A DNA stretch of 63,411 nt, the filler included, from Reticulomyxa filosa (Eukaryota; Protista; Foraminifera): assembly GCA_000512085.1 (NCBI GenBank). It is 19 parts of 19 records of this genome, joined end to end, with 100 filler letters (N's around TTAATTAATTAA, not from the genome) between each part and the next. Parts side by side here need not be neighbours in the genome. Positions count along the whole stretch, not along the records: positions 35,528 to 46,469 come from ASPP01029490.1; positions 46,570 to 49,494 come from ASPP01026261.1; positions 49,595 to 51,984 come from ASPP01025773.1; positions 52,085 to 55,662 come from ASPP01018064.1; 15 more parts are not named here. One strand, written 5' to 3'. Made by a program: the position numbers and the translations under genes. Shown piece by piece: positions 37,873 to 52,139 of the stretch (position 1 is its first letter; every line of letters starts with the position of its first letter). The notes below the pieces were generated by a model. The model was not told the origin of the DNA. It was given only the letters and a program-made list of their open reading frames with translations, and did not search any database.

Positions 37873-39030
37873 ATGGATAAAGTGCAAGATACCGCTGCAC
37901 GCTTGTTGGATTTTTCAGATGGATATAATTTTACGCAGGCGCAATACGCGTTGCAGAAGAAGGATCCTTTGGACTTGGGAGACTTGTCTTTGTGTTATTC
38001 AAACAAGCGTTTGAGTGTGCATTGGACAAAGTTTGTCGGACAAAATGGTGTGATCGACTTGGACGTCGGTGATCTGCTGCACACAATAAAGGAGAGTATT
38101 GCATCACGCTCGCCGTTTCGTACCGACGTGGTGGAATTGGTACAAGGTATTGCCAATCAATTTATGCCAGGCTTGGCAGGCACATTGCCACCTTTTGAAA
38201 CGAATGTATTTTTTCGACCACATTTTGAAGGTTTGTTTGTTTATTTTGAAAAGCATTAACAAAATCATTAAACATTGTTACTCCGAACAAATAAAAAAAA
38301 AAAAAAAAAAGGAATCACAGTTCGGATTTGCGTTAGTGTTTTTCAAAAATTGGAATAGCGTGGAGTTGTTGAATAAAACGTTGCATTTGCCATCTGAAGT
38401 GTTCCAAAACCTTGGCGCGAAATACCCGTTTTCTGCGTTTATAACTCGTTGCGTCCATGACAATATCAGTATTGGCTCGATTCGATGTGGCTTGTTTATT
38501 TCCCAAAATTTGAATGGCAGTCTTTATAGGCAAATAAAAAAAAAAATAAAAAAATGTACGTCCATATATAATATATGTATATGTATATTTTGTTTGTTTG
38601 ATATCACAGCGAATTCAGCATTCGATTTCTGTTTGATAACCGTTTGCATCATCATGCGGTGCAGATTATAAACCAATTGCAGAATGATAAGGCCGCACAT
38701 CCACACCAAGTGAAAAGTACCAAAGGCACTAAGAGTGACGATGCTGAAACGTATAATGACAATACTATGGATAGTCATGAAGGCACAAATGGTCTTCAGG
38801 GACAAAACAAATCCAATCACCCCACCAATACCAACACCAATACTAATGCCAATACTAGTACTCATAAACATTCGGAGAAAACTGTATATGTCCCCTCTGT
38901 TTGTTGTACTCACAAACATTGTTCTCAATGGTACACATTGCCGGCCAAATTGATCATGCCTGCCGCTTGCTTGGGTGTGTTTCATAACATTTTTTATAAG
39001 GCTTCAGGTCTCACAAAAATTAAACTTTGA
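37873..39030 (+). CDS. Hypothetical protein, 3 exons
   Basis: Spliceable frame MDKVQDTAARLLDF...FRPHFE|ESQFGFALVFF...LY|SEFSIRFLFDNRL..., using introns ~38231-38311 and 38530-38609 (GC-AG). No family recognised. Confidence 0.55.
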
Positions 39031-39286
39031 ATTTTTTTAAAAAAGCAAATCCAAACATTCTTATGTCTTGTCTGTATTTCTCTCTTTCTCTTGTTCCATC
39101 CTAACGTCGTTTATCTTCGTCATTAAAATATGCCATCTTTTCATTTTTGATCGTACAGTTGAACTTTTGCAAGAAAAAAAATCTATCGTCTCAAAATGTT
39201 AACGCTTTTTGATTCATTTGAAATAGTGTACAACTGTCCACAACTTCAACTATTGAACATCAGAGCCAGAAATTTTTTTTTTTTAA

Positions 39287-42200
39287 ATGGAAAAACCTCC
39301 CCTTTGGGCAAGTTTCGTTATTAAAATGACAGAAAGAATAAAAGAGAATGATGAAGAAGAAGAACACATATTTTTACATATTTGAAGAACAAAACCAAAA
39401 TAGATAATGAAGAAGCCGCAAAGCTCACATCTTACTTGCGTCGAGAGGAAAAAATAACACAAGGAGAAGATATTGCAATATTGGAGTCACAACAATGGAA
39501 AAAAGTATTTATACACGTAAAATTGGCTCTTATTTCAAAGAAAAAGCTATTGAAAACAGTGAATCAAATGCGTGAAAGTGAAAACGAGAAACTATTGAAT
39601 ATTGACGAAATAATAAACAGCAGATCATCCATACGGTAAATATATATATATGCCAATATATGTTTGTGTTGACAACAATGAGAAAAGGGAACTGGTTGTG
39701 TTTAATAAATACAGACGACAAGAGTACACACAAATTTTGTGCATCAATGACAATATGGCGAATATTATTTTGGGAGTATGTGTTAAAAAAAAGTATCCTT
39801 CATTCGAACGTATGAATGAACAACAAATACAATTAAAACAACAACAAAAAAAAAAGGATAAATTGGTGAGATTCAACTTAAATGATGAAAGATGGAAACA
39901 TTTTGATTTAAAGAGTGGAGATGAGATATTTTGCGAATATTCACTTGAGTCAAACCCAAATGCATCAGATAGTGGGTTGAATGTGAACAGTATTGAATTT
40001 CCTGTGCTTTATCAAGGTGAAGTAAATGAAGATGATGACTCTCAATTTGTATCTGTTCCAGTGCATTGCATAAAACAGGTACTATTACAACACAACACTC
40101 ATACAACAAATGTTTGTAATATCTATTTTGTTAGTTATAGTGTATACCCATGTATATATGTATACATTTGTATGTATATTCGTTTGTTCATTTGCAAAGC
40201 AAGAAACTAAAGCAAAGACTGTGAATGATAGCCAAAAGAAAGAAAAATGGAGGGTTGGAGATAAAGTGGAGTTTCGTTGCAAATATCACAATGACAGTGG
40301 ACTGCTATTGATATTAAAGTCCTGCAGCGAGCTCCTTTGTTTAGCTTTTTTTTCTTTTGCTCAACAAAAAAAAAAAAAGGACTTTTGTTCACGACATGTA
40401 CGTATATTCACACATTGAACCATTTTGCATTTGTATGTTAGACGAAGAATAGGAGATATCAAACCAACTGCGATAGTGACAAAAAAACAAGAAAAGGTCT
40501 CCCACATTTTGAATTGGTTAGAAAATCCTTTCGAAGGTACTATCAAATTTATTTATTTATTTTTTTTTTTGGTCTAAAAATCTGGAGTCTCAAAGAAATT
40601 TGTGTGTATTACAGAAAAAGTTGATCAGACCGAGTATGAAGACATGAATTTGTCGGACCTCATCGGCCTATACAAAGACCAATATAGTTGTTCTTCTTAT
40701 GGAAATAAGAATGACGACAAATTGAAATGGCTGAAAACGCAGATAACATTGGAAGCGATGAAATACGTGGCGAAAGAATGCATAATTGAAGTGCGCAGTA
40801 TCCCAAACGAATTAATAGAACAGGTAATTCGAAATCTTAAGTATTGCAGTGAGCCATTGTCCATGACTGACTCAGACAATTCCAACATATCAAATGCAAT
40901 CGTGTTGTTGAAGAGATTCATTGAAAAGTATCATAATGCAAAAGAAGAAGAAGATTTGGCCAAATTGCAAAAAGAACTGGAGCAAATAGAAGTCCTTCCA
41001 ATATTGACTGAACAACAAACTTCAGATAATATGTACTGGATTGTTCCGAAACACGTGACAAGTTCACGAAGACTACGAATCTATTTGTATTGTCCAGAAT
41101 GCATCAAACCCAAAACTGATCGTGCTCGGAGTGTCTTTTTCCTTAATATACCTAGAGGTACGTCTTCTTCTTTTTCTATTATTTATAACGGATAGCCTTC
41201 TTATTTATTTTAAATAAATGACAACAGCCGATAAGCGATATCCATTACAATTGGCAAAAGAGGGCATTCTTTGGTTATATTGGAGTGACTTCCGAGTTAC
41301 TTCCAATTCTCAATTATTGTGCAGTATATTCAATCAAGAAAGAAAGATTGCAACTGCCACCATTTCTGCCTCTTCTCAAGTCGTTGTTGTGGAAGAACAG
41401 TCGCTGCAGTCCAAATCGAAACGAAAAAGTGCGGCCATATTAAGCTACGTGATGGGCACATTAACGTCCAACACCAAAAATATAGAGGTTTTCGAACATT
41501 TGATTCGCGAAATCAAGGACGAGCCATCTTTTTGCTTTGCTGTAGCTATTGTCAAAGATTTGAAAATGCAACTTGCTCCCTCCGAATCTGACATTAGTGA
41601 CGCATCGGCTGATATCACTCCAAACTTGGATCAACTCGATGCGGACTCTAAAACAAGTATTAATACGCATTCTTTTTTTTTTTTTATGTCTTTTTGTTTT
41701 TTTTTGTTAATGTAAAAAAAAAAGGACAAAAATAAAGAAAAAAAAAAAATGAACAATCATAAATTCAGGTGTATCAAGCACTATTTGTATGCATACTCTG
41801 GAAAGAGTGGGATATGAAACAACACCTATCTGCAAAACGATTTTTTGTTGTGATAAACACTCTTTTCAAAGAAAAGCCAGCAGAACAACTGCACCTTTCT
41901 ATCCAAGAGATCTTAATGCATAATCTCTCTGCTTTTGATAATGATGATGGAATTGCATTGTATGATAATATGGAAAAAGCTTGTTCTGCATTTGATAAAT
42001 TTATGCTAATTCCATGTTTCAATTACTTGGCCTTATCAAAGGTCGCTCAACAAAATGAATTTAAATATTTCAGTAAAATGCTGCAAAACATTGACTTTGA
42101 AACCGATGAACCACAGACGATCGACGAAAAGGTTTTGAAAGAAGTTATTACCTTAGACTTGCGCTTGAGCAACAACACTAAATCCTCTCCTTGCATATCT

Positions 42201-45200
42201 ATTGGAAGCTATTTGATCACTTTATTGCAATGCTATCAACACACTGAATTTATTGTACAATTATTACTCGACAATATCAACGAGAGAATTGAAAATCAGA
42301 TGCTGACTCGGGTATTGCAGTTGATATGGAAAGTTTTGTTTTCGTTGTTTGTTTGTGCATGTACACATTTATCCATTGATTTATCCTCAACAACTCTGTA
42401 TTATCTTGTCCACATTCGACAATAAATACACGATATATAACAAAGAAAAGTGAAGGGAACAAAAAAACGAGTGAAAAGGATAGTTTAACAAACTATATAT
42501 TGCAATTACTCTTAAAAGATAAAAAAAAGCGTGCCTATTGGATTGAGTTATTGGCAAATTCGAGTAGGATAAGTGATGACAAACTCTTCTCGAAATTACT
42601 CCGTGATTCACTCAAAAATTGGCTAGGTGGAGAGGAGGACGAGGAGAACGTTTCTGAAAATGTGTCATTGCACTCCAAAGTAATTGAATTGATGTCCTCT
42701 GATGCATTTGCAAAGGCCAAGCCGTTTCATTCATATCTGATTGAAAGCGTGAATGACAAGTATAAAGAATTGCGGTTGAACAATAAAAAATGGACCTCGG
42801 AGGAAATCAACATATGTGCAAAAGTCAATTGGGAGCTGTGGCCACAAGTAATTAAAAACATCAACAATATTCCAGATATTGAAGACTTGCACGAAAAGAA
42901 TGTGAGTGACAGACTTCGTTTAAGTTTAGGCTACTGCTTTGAATGTCAATTGTGGTTCGAACAAGAAAACATAATGCAAACAAAATTGACCACTTTTTTC
43001 GGCAAAGTATTAACAAAGTTGGTCACAAATCACAAACTTCTTTCTATTCATGTTTACAAGTATTTAGTGGAGCATCGAAAAAAAATTGAAGATATTTCCT
43101 CTCATTGTTCAAAAGACTTAAAGTCATCGTTACAAAGATTGGATGAAATCACGAATGATTATACACAATCCTCTGAATTGGTCCATATGTTCAGACGGAT
43201 TCAAGATTATTTGTTTGAACACGATTTGTCGGATCGATTGAAGGAGCTTGGACAACAGAGTGATGATTGGGAAGCTCAAATATTTGTAAATATGAAAGAG
43301 AGTTATAAAAATGAACTCCAACTATTGAAATTGTATCAACAAAAAATGAAAAATATATTGCAACGGGAAGAAAGTTTGATGTTTCAAAAAATGTGGAAAC
43401 ACTTCAATTTACAATATAAATTGTGTCAATATCAAAAACCTTTTTCTATTTTCGACAAAGTATTCAATAACGTGAAAGACACATGGAAAGATTTCAAGCA
43501 GGTTCATATCACTCCTTTTTTTTTATTTTGGTAAACATATTTTGCCCTGAATTCAACTTGTGGGTGTATAGAGCCTTCAAAATGGGTCACTCAAGTACCA
43601 AGATTTGAAGTGGATATCCATCAGTTATTCACACGACCCGGACGGAATTAAAAAATATTTAATAAACGAAATGGAGCATTTATTTCCAGCGTATAAAGAT
43701 GAACAGCGACAAGAGATTGTAATTAGCATTGGAGAGAAGTTGAAAGAGGAGATTCATTTGAAAGAGCAGCTCCAGTTTTGGATCAAGTTGAAAAAAGTAA
43801 CAGAACAAATGAAAGAGTATCATCCTTGCAAAGATAAAATTAAAGAGGATGAAAAATGGCAAAAATATGTGAAAGCATTAGCGCAAATGACAAACACAAA
43901 TGAAGATATTTTACTTGAGCAGGCATATCAATGTCGCAGTGTTTGTATTGAATATCTGAATGAAGATACCAAATTCTATATGGTCATTGATCTCTTTGAT
44001 GTCTTGAATCGTTGTAAAGATCAATTAAAAATATTGGCAGAAAATCAAAATTTCAATGATGCCGTGCACTTTGACAACACATTGAATGTATTGAGCAAAA
44101 GTAAACATCAAAAGACTCAGGATTTGGCCACTTACTTGAGAGATGTGAATCCCACGATGCAAAACACATTGTGGAAATGTACATTGGAAGATATGACTAG
44201 CTTAGCCAAAGCAATATTGAAATTGCACTCCAAAGGTCAAGAATTTACCAAAATGATAAGCAAATGTTGTGACATAAACTTGAATACAATTTCTACTTTG
44301 GTCAACGAGGCAGACAAAATTCGAACTGAAACAAGTTTGAAACAATTGAAAGATGCAATGGACACTGGAGAATGGCAATTTGCAAGTTACCAGGAAGTGT
44401 TGAAAGGAAAGAAAGAAGAATTGGTTTTGAAAACAAACAATGCGACTTGGCATTGTGAAGAAATTGGAGAAAATATTGATCGTGTATTGCTCGGAGCAGG
44501 AAAAAACGAGTTGAGAGAAATTAAAACTGTCATTCAACAATTTGAAGAATGCAAGGATATTAGTTTATACCGAATTGAATTTTGGAAAAAGGGAGGAAGA
44601 ATTGATATTGAAAATGATGAAAAAGGAGGAATTCAGAATGATGATAAACCATTGAAATTACCTGTGCATTTGCAAATAGATGAGTTTGAAAAATGCAAGG
44701 AACTTTGGAAACAAAGATTAATGGAATGGAAAAAACAATGTTTCGAATTACGAGAAAAATTTCCAGCACTCAATTATTTCTGTTTCAATCAAGTGCATTT
44801 TTTAATCAAAAAAATCAATCAATTGAATATATCCAACTGTCCTGGTCGTGCCATTAAAGCATCCAAATATATCAAACCCTTTCTTCAAAAAATTCATTGT
44901 GATGTCACTGATCATGATGTCGATAATGTATTGAAAGATTGGATAAATTTTAATCTCAGAGATCTTGATCAACATAATATTAATGATAACAATAATAATT
45001 TTAGACAATGCAGAGATTCAATTGCAAAGTTTGGACAAATCCTTCATCGTGTATGGATTTCATCTCAACATAATTGTGTGGACGAAAAACCATTTTCCAT
45101 TGGATTGTATGCAGGCAAACCCAATTTGATAATTGGATCTAAAGAATTACAGTCTAAAGAATTACGGTCTAAAGAATTGCTGTTTGGATTACTTGGTTTA

Positions 45201-46469
45201 TTTGAATCCCAAAGATTCATCCCACGAGCAGAACATATTTTGATTTGCAACGAAACAACAACTGAAGAAGATATTGCCTGTTTGATATTCCGGGCCATCA
45301 CCAATCACAAAAGAATGCCATTAACAACAAAAATAGCAAAGACAACTGATTTAATAACAATAACCGAAACAAATCACAAATCAGCGAAACCATTGTATTG
45401 TTTGGTGTATCCTGAAAAGTTAACACCCATGACATTGAATCAAATTTGTCAGGATATCTATGAATTATTGTTGAGTGATATTCGATTGGAACAATTAAAG
45501 AATAATTTTTATACGTTTGTAGTTCTGTCCTCTAACCAAGAAAACCCTTTGTGCAAAATTCTTGCCCCATTCAAAGTTATTCCTCACAGTTTCTTATTCG
45601 AAACGCTTCCCAATCAAATATTGTCTGGACTTTATCATAATCAATGGACTAACAGCCGGGTACATGATATTAGTACAGAGCCACCATGGATACAGTTGTA
45701 TACATCGGAAAAAGTTGCAATGGGAAAAAGTACACTTATTCAAAGAGACATTCAAAGAATTCGAGAAATACACAAAACCAAGACAATCCATGAAATTTGT
45801 ATTGCATTTAACAGTAAAGATATCGATTGGATAAAAATAATGGATAGATTTTGGAGCTACCACCCTTGTTCCAATGATGTGAAAGATGCAGACATTGACG
45901 AAGAAAATACATTGATCATTTATCATTTGAACATTTCATCTTGTGTTTCAAAACGTATCAATGATTTTCTATTTGAATTGTTGTTTCTGCAACATATCAA
46001 TTCCAATTCCCAAATGTCCCAATGTTTCCATGTCAATCCCAATATGATCTTTTTAATTGAGATTCCTTCCACTTTGAATCGTCCAGATTTCACTGTATCA
46101 CCTAAAAAATGTTTTTATTTATTCTTTTCCACTGTCAAATTTCCAACTGTTGAAGTATCTCCTCAGAATAACAAATTTGAATTTGGAAAAGAGGCACAAT
46201 ATGTTATCAAATGGATGCAAGAATTTTTCAATGGAAATTTTAAGTTCTTTCACACTATTTTTGTTTTTCCCACCAAAAAAACAAAAGATGTTTGTATATG
46301 TATTTTCAAGGCGCTCTGAAAAAAGACTACAAGATATTGATCCTGATACCATGCTCGACCTTGAAAAGGGTAAAATGAGAAGATTTATGGAAAAACATTT
46401 CAATGAAATAGCGAATTCAAGTCCCGCACATCAGCGTTCTTTTTTCAAATATTTGTATCAACAATTTCT
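39287..46469 (+). CDS. RNF213/mysterin-like giant AAA+ protein, 5' part (SAM-like + 2 cold-shock/OB-like domains + helical stalk + first AAA module)
   Basis: Multi-exon gene with a 904-aa exon containing LREKFPALNYFCFNQV, IPRAEHILICNETTTEEDIACLIFRA, LYCLVYPEKL, LYTSEKVAMGKS and IYHLNISSCVSKRINDFLFELLFLQHI...FLIEIP. These are colinear with remembered RNF213 blocks (YLNFYTAEQL; LPTYDEVLLCTPATTFEEVALLLRR; VASERAGVGKS; LFHLDVTSSV...FLFKLLILQYL...YIVE). Truncated by the contig end. Confidence 0.8.
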
Positions 46470-46964
46470 NNNNNNNNNNNNNNNNNNNNNNNNNNNNNNN
46501 NNNNNNNNNNNNNTTAATTAATTAANNNNNNNNNNNNNNNNNNNNNNNNNNNNNNNNNNNNNNNNNNNNGGGGGGGGACAAATAAATAAAAAATAAAAAG
46601 TACATATATTTTTTTTTATTTGAAGGGGGAATCCTATTAAATCAAGCAAACACACAACATTACATAACAAAAAAATATCTATGTATAAATAAATATAAAC
46701 AGAACAAACCATTTTTCCTCATTGAGGATACGGGGGTAGATTTCGACCCCAATTTTCTTTTTTTGTGTGTGTGCAGGGGATGGGGCATAGAATTGTAACG
46801 GGCATTGCGGACGAGGGAACCTATGTTACGTAACACAAAGCAAAAAACTTAAACATATTTTTTTAAAAAAAGATAAATAGAACAAGCCTTTGTTTCTCCT
46901 TTCGGAGACGGGGTGGTTTCTACCCCGTATTCTTTTTTTTTTTTCATCACAGCTGGTGGTCCTA

Positions 46965-48534
46965 TGTAAGCCACACAACACGATATATTTACAAGATAGA
47001 CATAAATAACAAACACAAGGTATTACCTTTATTGTTTGCAAGTGCAATTGCCAACCTCGCACTTCGTCATACAGCAACTCCAATCATTTGCACCATTGTT
47101 GCTATATTTATTCAATCTATACAACAACAAAAACGTATATTATTATTATTGCAACGACAAAAATAAATAAAAAATAACTTTACAAGACCACATGGGTCAC
47201 GATGTTGATGGCGATGTGAATTTGTTTGGAGTGAATGCGTAGTGTGGGCTGTGATAGCATAAGTGCTGCTGGATAGACCATGCCTTGTGGAAAGTAACTC
47301 TGTAGCACAAAAAAGGTTTGGCATCACCACTGACTTACAATTTGATTGTTCGTCAGTTGTGTTGTTGCACAAATCCTTCTTTGCGCTAACAGCATTTCTA
47401 CCACATAAGGCAGGTGCTGATCCATGACGACTATTGACTTTCCACCAAGATGTGTGCCAGCAATTGTAGATAATTTGGCAGTGCGTCAAAGTCGTCATTG
47501 TGGCCAATGTCGTCCATGTTTCTTTTTTGCGCCACATCGTATGACCTGTCCAATTTTTTTTGTTGTTATTGTTTTTAAAAAAGTGTAAAAAAAAAAAAAA
47601 CATAACATTGAAGTACCGAAAATTATTTGAAAATTGCTGCTTGCCAATTGACTTGTGACTTGGAGAATAGCGAATTGTGGTACATGACAAAGTTGCGCAT
47701 GTTGATGACGATAGCTTGGACGGAGACATTGGACTTTGAATAAATTTGGAATCGCAATTTATTTTGTCTGGAGCGCGGTACGTTGGAAATGCAGAATTGC
47801 TGCCATTGTCTATTGTTGATAGCCAAATTCGGCGTTCGCGCCATCGTGGTGCTGGAACAATCTATCACAAACCATGCATCAAATGTTATATACGTTCCTT
47901 GCTGTCCAAACCATTTGCACACTCCATTCGGTTTTGGTACGCTTATAATCACTATTGCGCCCACATCTACTTCAATACTCGCACATACACTATGTTTTTG
48001 TTTTTTTAAAAAATCCATTTTAAATCAAATACATCATACGTACAATACATCATCACCCCCTTACTTTTTCTTGCTATACGTAAACCTCCTTTTTTTTTTT
48101 CATGAACATTTTTTTTTTTCATTAGATCTTTCTGTCCCTGTTGTTTACCTGTATTTTGCTTTGAAGTATGCCGATGAGTTGCTTGAAGTTGTGAAAATAT
48201 ACATGATATTCTTCTTGTAATGCTTTGTGATCATTTTGATAACACGTATACTTGTGTGTTTCAATTGCACCAACATTTCTGTCACGTTGTCAAAGCATTG
48301 TGGATATTTCACGCATTTCAACGTTTTTGATTCCCAGATTTGGCTGACAGAGTGGTTGGCCAACTTATTCAATGATAGCATTAATGTACCCATATGGTCT
48401 TGATTATTTGAATATGTTGGGTCGTTTGAGTTTGAGTTTTCTTTGGCCACGTTGCTTGCACTTGACATTGCCAGAACTGCAGTTAAGACTTGCAGTATAA
48501 TCAATACAATTTCATATACCAACGAAAGCTTCAT
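46965..48534 (-). CDS. Hypothetical secreted protein (partial, multi-exon, possibly degenerate)
   Basis: MKLSLVYEIVLIILQVLTAVLA signal-like start at 48534, followed by several open segments on the minus strand. The exon structure is unresolved. Confidence 0.4.
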
Positions 48535-50576
48535 TTTGCAGTCGAAGTAGCCAGCTTTGCTCTCAATCTTTTCTCCTCCGTTTGCCCCCTTTCTTACCAG
48601 GTACACTGAAATGGAAAGACATCAAATGAGCGATAAAGCCACTTTAAGAGAAAACAAAAGTTTGTGGCAAACGAGTACATTTATAAAATGTTAAATGGAT
48701 GTGTAGAAATGCCGAGTTTATTGAGAAAGGACATACGTACAAAAAATCTTAGTTATAGTTGAAATAAGTGCAAATACGTATCTACCAAATGAAAAGTGCC
48801 AGAAAAATGAATGTATCATCAACAGCAATCCTTTTGGAAATGGGACCCCTATGAAGATGGTTTATCACTTAGTAGGCAGTTCATTAGTCTAAATTCTTCT
48901 TTCGCCAACAAATTTGAGATGACAAAAGCCACATTGTGTAAGAGTCTGTCCATGTGATGTTATTTATCCACGATTTTATAATTAATCATCTCTACTTTTA
49001 TTGTCAATTCCCCAATTTTATTCAAATAGAATGTTATCCCTCTGAAAAGAAACCTGTTCCAATAGATAACTACTTTATCATTTGAAATGTAAAAGATGGA
49101 GCCAGTGTGTCACACTCCCCCAGAAGGTCAAGTAATGATTATAGGTTGCAAAAACTTAATTTTTAAATGTGATGTTGATCAAGTGTGTGCGCACTCCCTA
49201 CAAAATATTTTTAAAAAGGTGGTATTGAAAAATACCACTATGTGCACATCAGTGATTGACGATTACAATATCTACATGTTTGCCAAAATTAATCAAATCA
49301 GAAGTAGAAAGCCTTGCACAATGAATGGATCATGAAATGTGTTGTCTGGCATTGAAAAAACCTAAACACAAGATTTTTGCATTTATCTAATTGAAGCAAT
49401 TGAAGTTGCACACTTAAACTGGATTCTTATATGTTGTCAATTGTTGGATGCTTTAACGATCGTTGCCAATATTTAGTATACCAGCGAGCTTTAGNNNNNN
49501 NNNNNNNNNNNNNNNNNNNNNNNNNNNNNNNNNNNNNNTTAATTAATTAANNNNNNNNNNNNNNNNNNNNNNNNNNNNNNNNNNNNNNNNNNNNTTTTTT
49601 TTTTTTGAGGGTAACCTGCACAATTTTGAACAATATGTAGGTATTTTTAGACAATAGGTAATGTTATGAAGAGCACTGTCATCTCGTCTGTATGCAAATA
49701 TAATACGCAACAGATTTAAAAAAACAAAACTATAAATACGTTGTCATATTTCGCACTTTTAATGCGATCACAAAAAAATTAAAGATCAGTTTGAAAGATC
49801 AAACAGTGAGTTAATTTTTCGAATAACAGTATAGTAGTATTTGGCGCATCAACGCTAGAAAATGCTAAATCAGTGACAAACAACCAGATGTTTATTTTTG
49901 ATGCATTTATTATTGAAACAATTCTTTGAAGTCTGTCATATTCTATTGCTGTTAACATAAGACAGAATTAATTTGTTTCGAGTCTTTATTTTGGTGTGTA
50001 TAATCCTAAGCACAAGAGGTTCAAATATAAGAAGAATCTAAATAAGATTGTTAAGGTTTTGAAATTATAGATGAAATTTAAGCTGATGATTTGTAGATTG
50101 TTAGGTACATGAAACCGCTATCAGAAGTGGAGCGCTGCAAACTTTTCTGTACAATAATGATTATATCACAGCATAATAGTTTGAAACTTTGAGTTATTGC
50201 AAGGATTTACACTTCAAGCTGCAAGGAAAGTACAAATCAAATTATAGCAAAAATAATGATAAATGGAAGGCATGAATGATCAACTTCAGAATTACGAAAA
50301 TATAAAAAATTTTGATTAAATAAAGATGGTTAAATCTAAATGAATAAATCAAACAAAGAGGAAAAAAATATTGATACTATCTAATTCCATTCATGTTTTA
50401 ATGAAAAATAGAGACGCGATTGTACAGAGCACACCATTCAATCACATTATATCAAATTTTATACAATATATTTTCGTTTGTTAGTTGTGGTCTAAAATTC
50501 ACACAGAATTGGCAGTTTTTGAATAAGACCTGACCAAAGTTGAGTTAAAAAAGCTTTTCTTTAAAACTGCCTTGCA

Positions 50577-51984
50577 ATGATGGCAGCAGAAAGTGGTTTT
50601 GCAGATTGGTTGAAACAAAATGGTTTTGAAGAATATATCGAAGCAATTATTGAAGAAGGAGGGATTAAAGACAAAGAAGGTTTAAAAGCGGATTTTGATG
50701 AAATTTGCGAAATGCTGCTTCTGTCCAATGAAAAAAAAGAAATATTCAAAGCAGTTGTTTTCACAACTAATGTAGTTGCAGTTGATGACATGCAGGTCTA
50801 GTATTTGTGTATTGTACTTTATCCTTTTAATGTACGCCATTTTTTTTTTTAATGGCTCGATTTTTTTGTTATACGTGGTCTTCTGGATATGTCAATGTAA
50901 AAGAAATTCTGTGAAGACTGTGATATCGTTCAGTTCAAAAATGCGCTGATCAAAGCAAGTTATACTCACCCAAAACTGCTCTTAGAGAAAACACAAAGCG
51001 AATTGGACGACATTGGTAAATCAGTCGGGATGAGGTTAGAGTATTTATGCAAATTTAAAGCTGTGGTTTTGGAGCGACAACAGAAAATTGAATTTGAGGT
51101 TTTGATAGCACACAATTGTAACTATTTTTGACTTTCTTTGGAAAAATTCAAATCACATTGTTATATACATATATATATTCTTTTCCTGTTCTGTGTTTTA
51201 TAGCAATGGTGTCAAAATAATGGCTTTGGAAAATTTAGTCAAGTGCTAATGAAACATGGTATAAAAAGTAAGCACGAACTCGTGCCAAAAAGTGACTCCG
51301 AATTGGACGAATTGTGCAAACAATGTTTGATAAGGCTCGGTTTTGCTCGTTCATTTCGAACTGCAGTGCAAGAGTTGAAAGAGAAAAGTGAAGACAAAAA
51401 AGAACAAACAGAAAAAGAAAGTGAGACCAATGTAACAATGGAGGTCGAAAGTATCTCTACGAATAAAGACGAAGAAGAAGAGTTGCAAAGAGAAAAATTG
51501 GAACTGAAAGTACAAAATACCTTAAAAGATATTGGTATTCGTCTATCCAAAATGCAAGAAAAGAATCGAGTGCATTACCGTTCAAGATTTGAAAACACAC
51601 TGGAAAGTTTGAGCAGTGGCAAATGTAAGGAGCACTTTCAGAAATTAAAAGATATCTTGGGAGACATGAAAACACAAAGGTCTATGCCGAACGCGACTTC
51701 ATCTGTCTCTCTATCTCTCTATATCTATCTCTCTATATCTATCTCGATCTCTATCTTTTCAATTCTCAAATATGAATTACGTGATATACTCTGGAGCTGA
51801 AGTTTCGACTTTGACATGTGTATACATACACATATATATGTGAAATCACAGTCCAGAAGAATTTGAGATCGAGCGCATCTTCCTTGGTTTGTGCGGATTT
51901 GAAGTGACAGAGGTGGCTGGAAATGACACAGAAATAAAGGAGGAAACATTTGAAATTTATGGGAGTGTGGACGATGCTATATTG
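50577..51984 (+). CDS. Protein with three tandem SAM-like domains followed by a coiled coil (partial)
   Basis: Repeats FADWLKQNGFEEYIEAIIEEGGI..., MQKFCEDCDIVQFKNALIKASY... and FEQWCQNNGFGKFSQVLMKHGI...ELDELC..LGFARSFRTAV fit the SAM pattern. Phase-0 introns at 50796-50903 and 51099-51203. Confidence 0.7.
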
Positions 51985-52139
51985 NNNNNNNNNNNNNNNN
52001 NNNNNNNNNNNNNNNNNNNNNNNNNNNNTTAATTAATTAANNNNNNNNNNNNNNNNNNNNNNNNNNNNNNNNNNNNNNNNNNNNCATTTGTGATTACATT
52101 TATTTATTTATTTATCTATTCGAAACATATATATTAACA

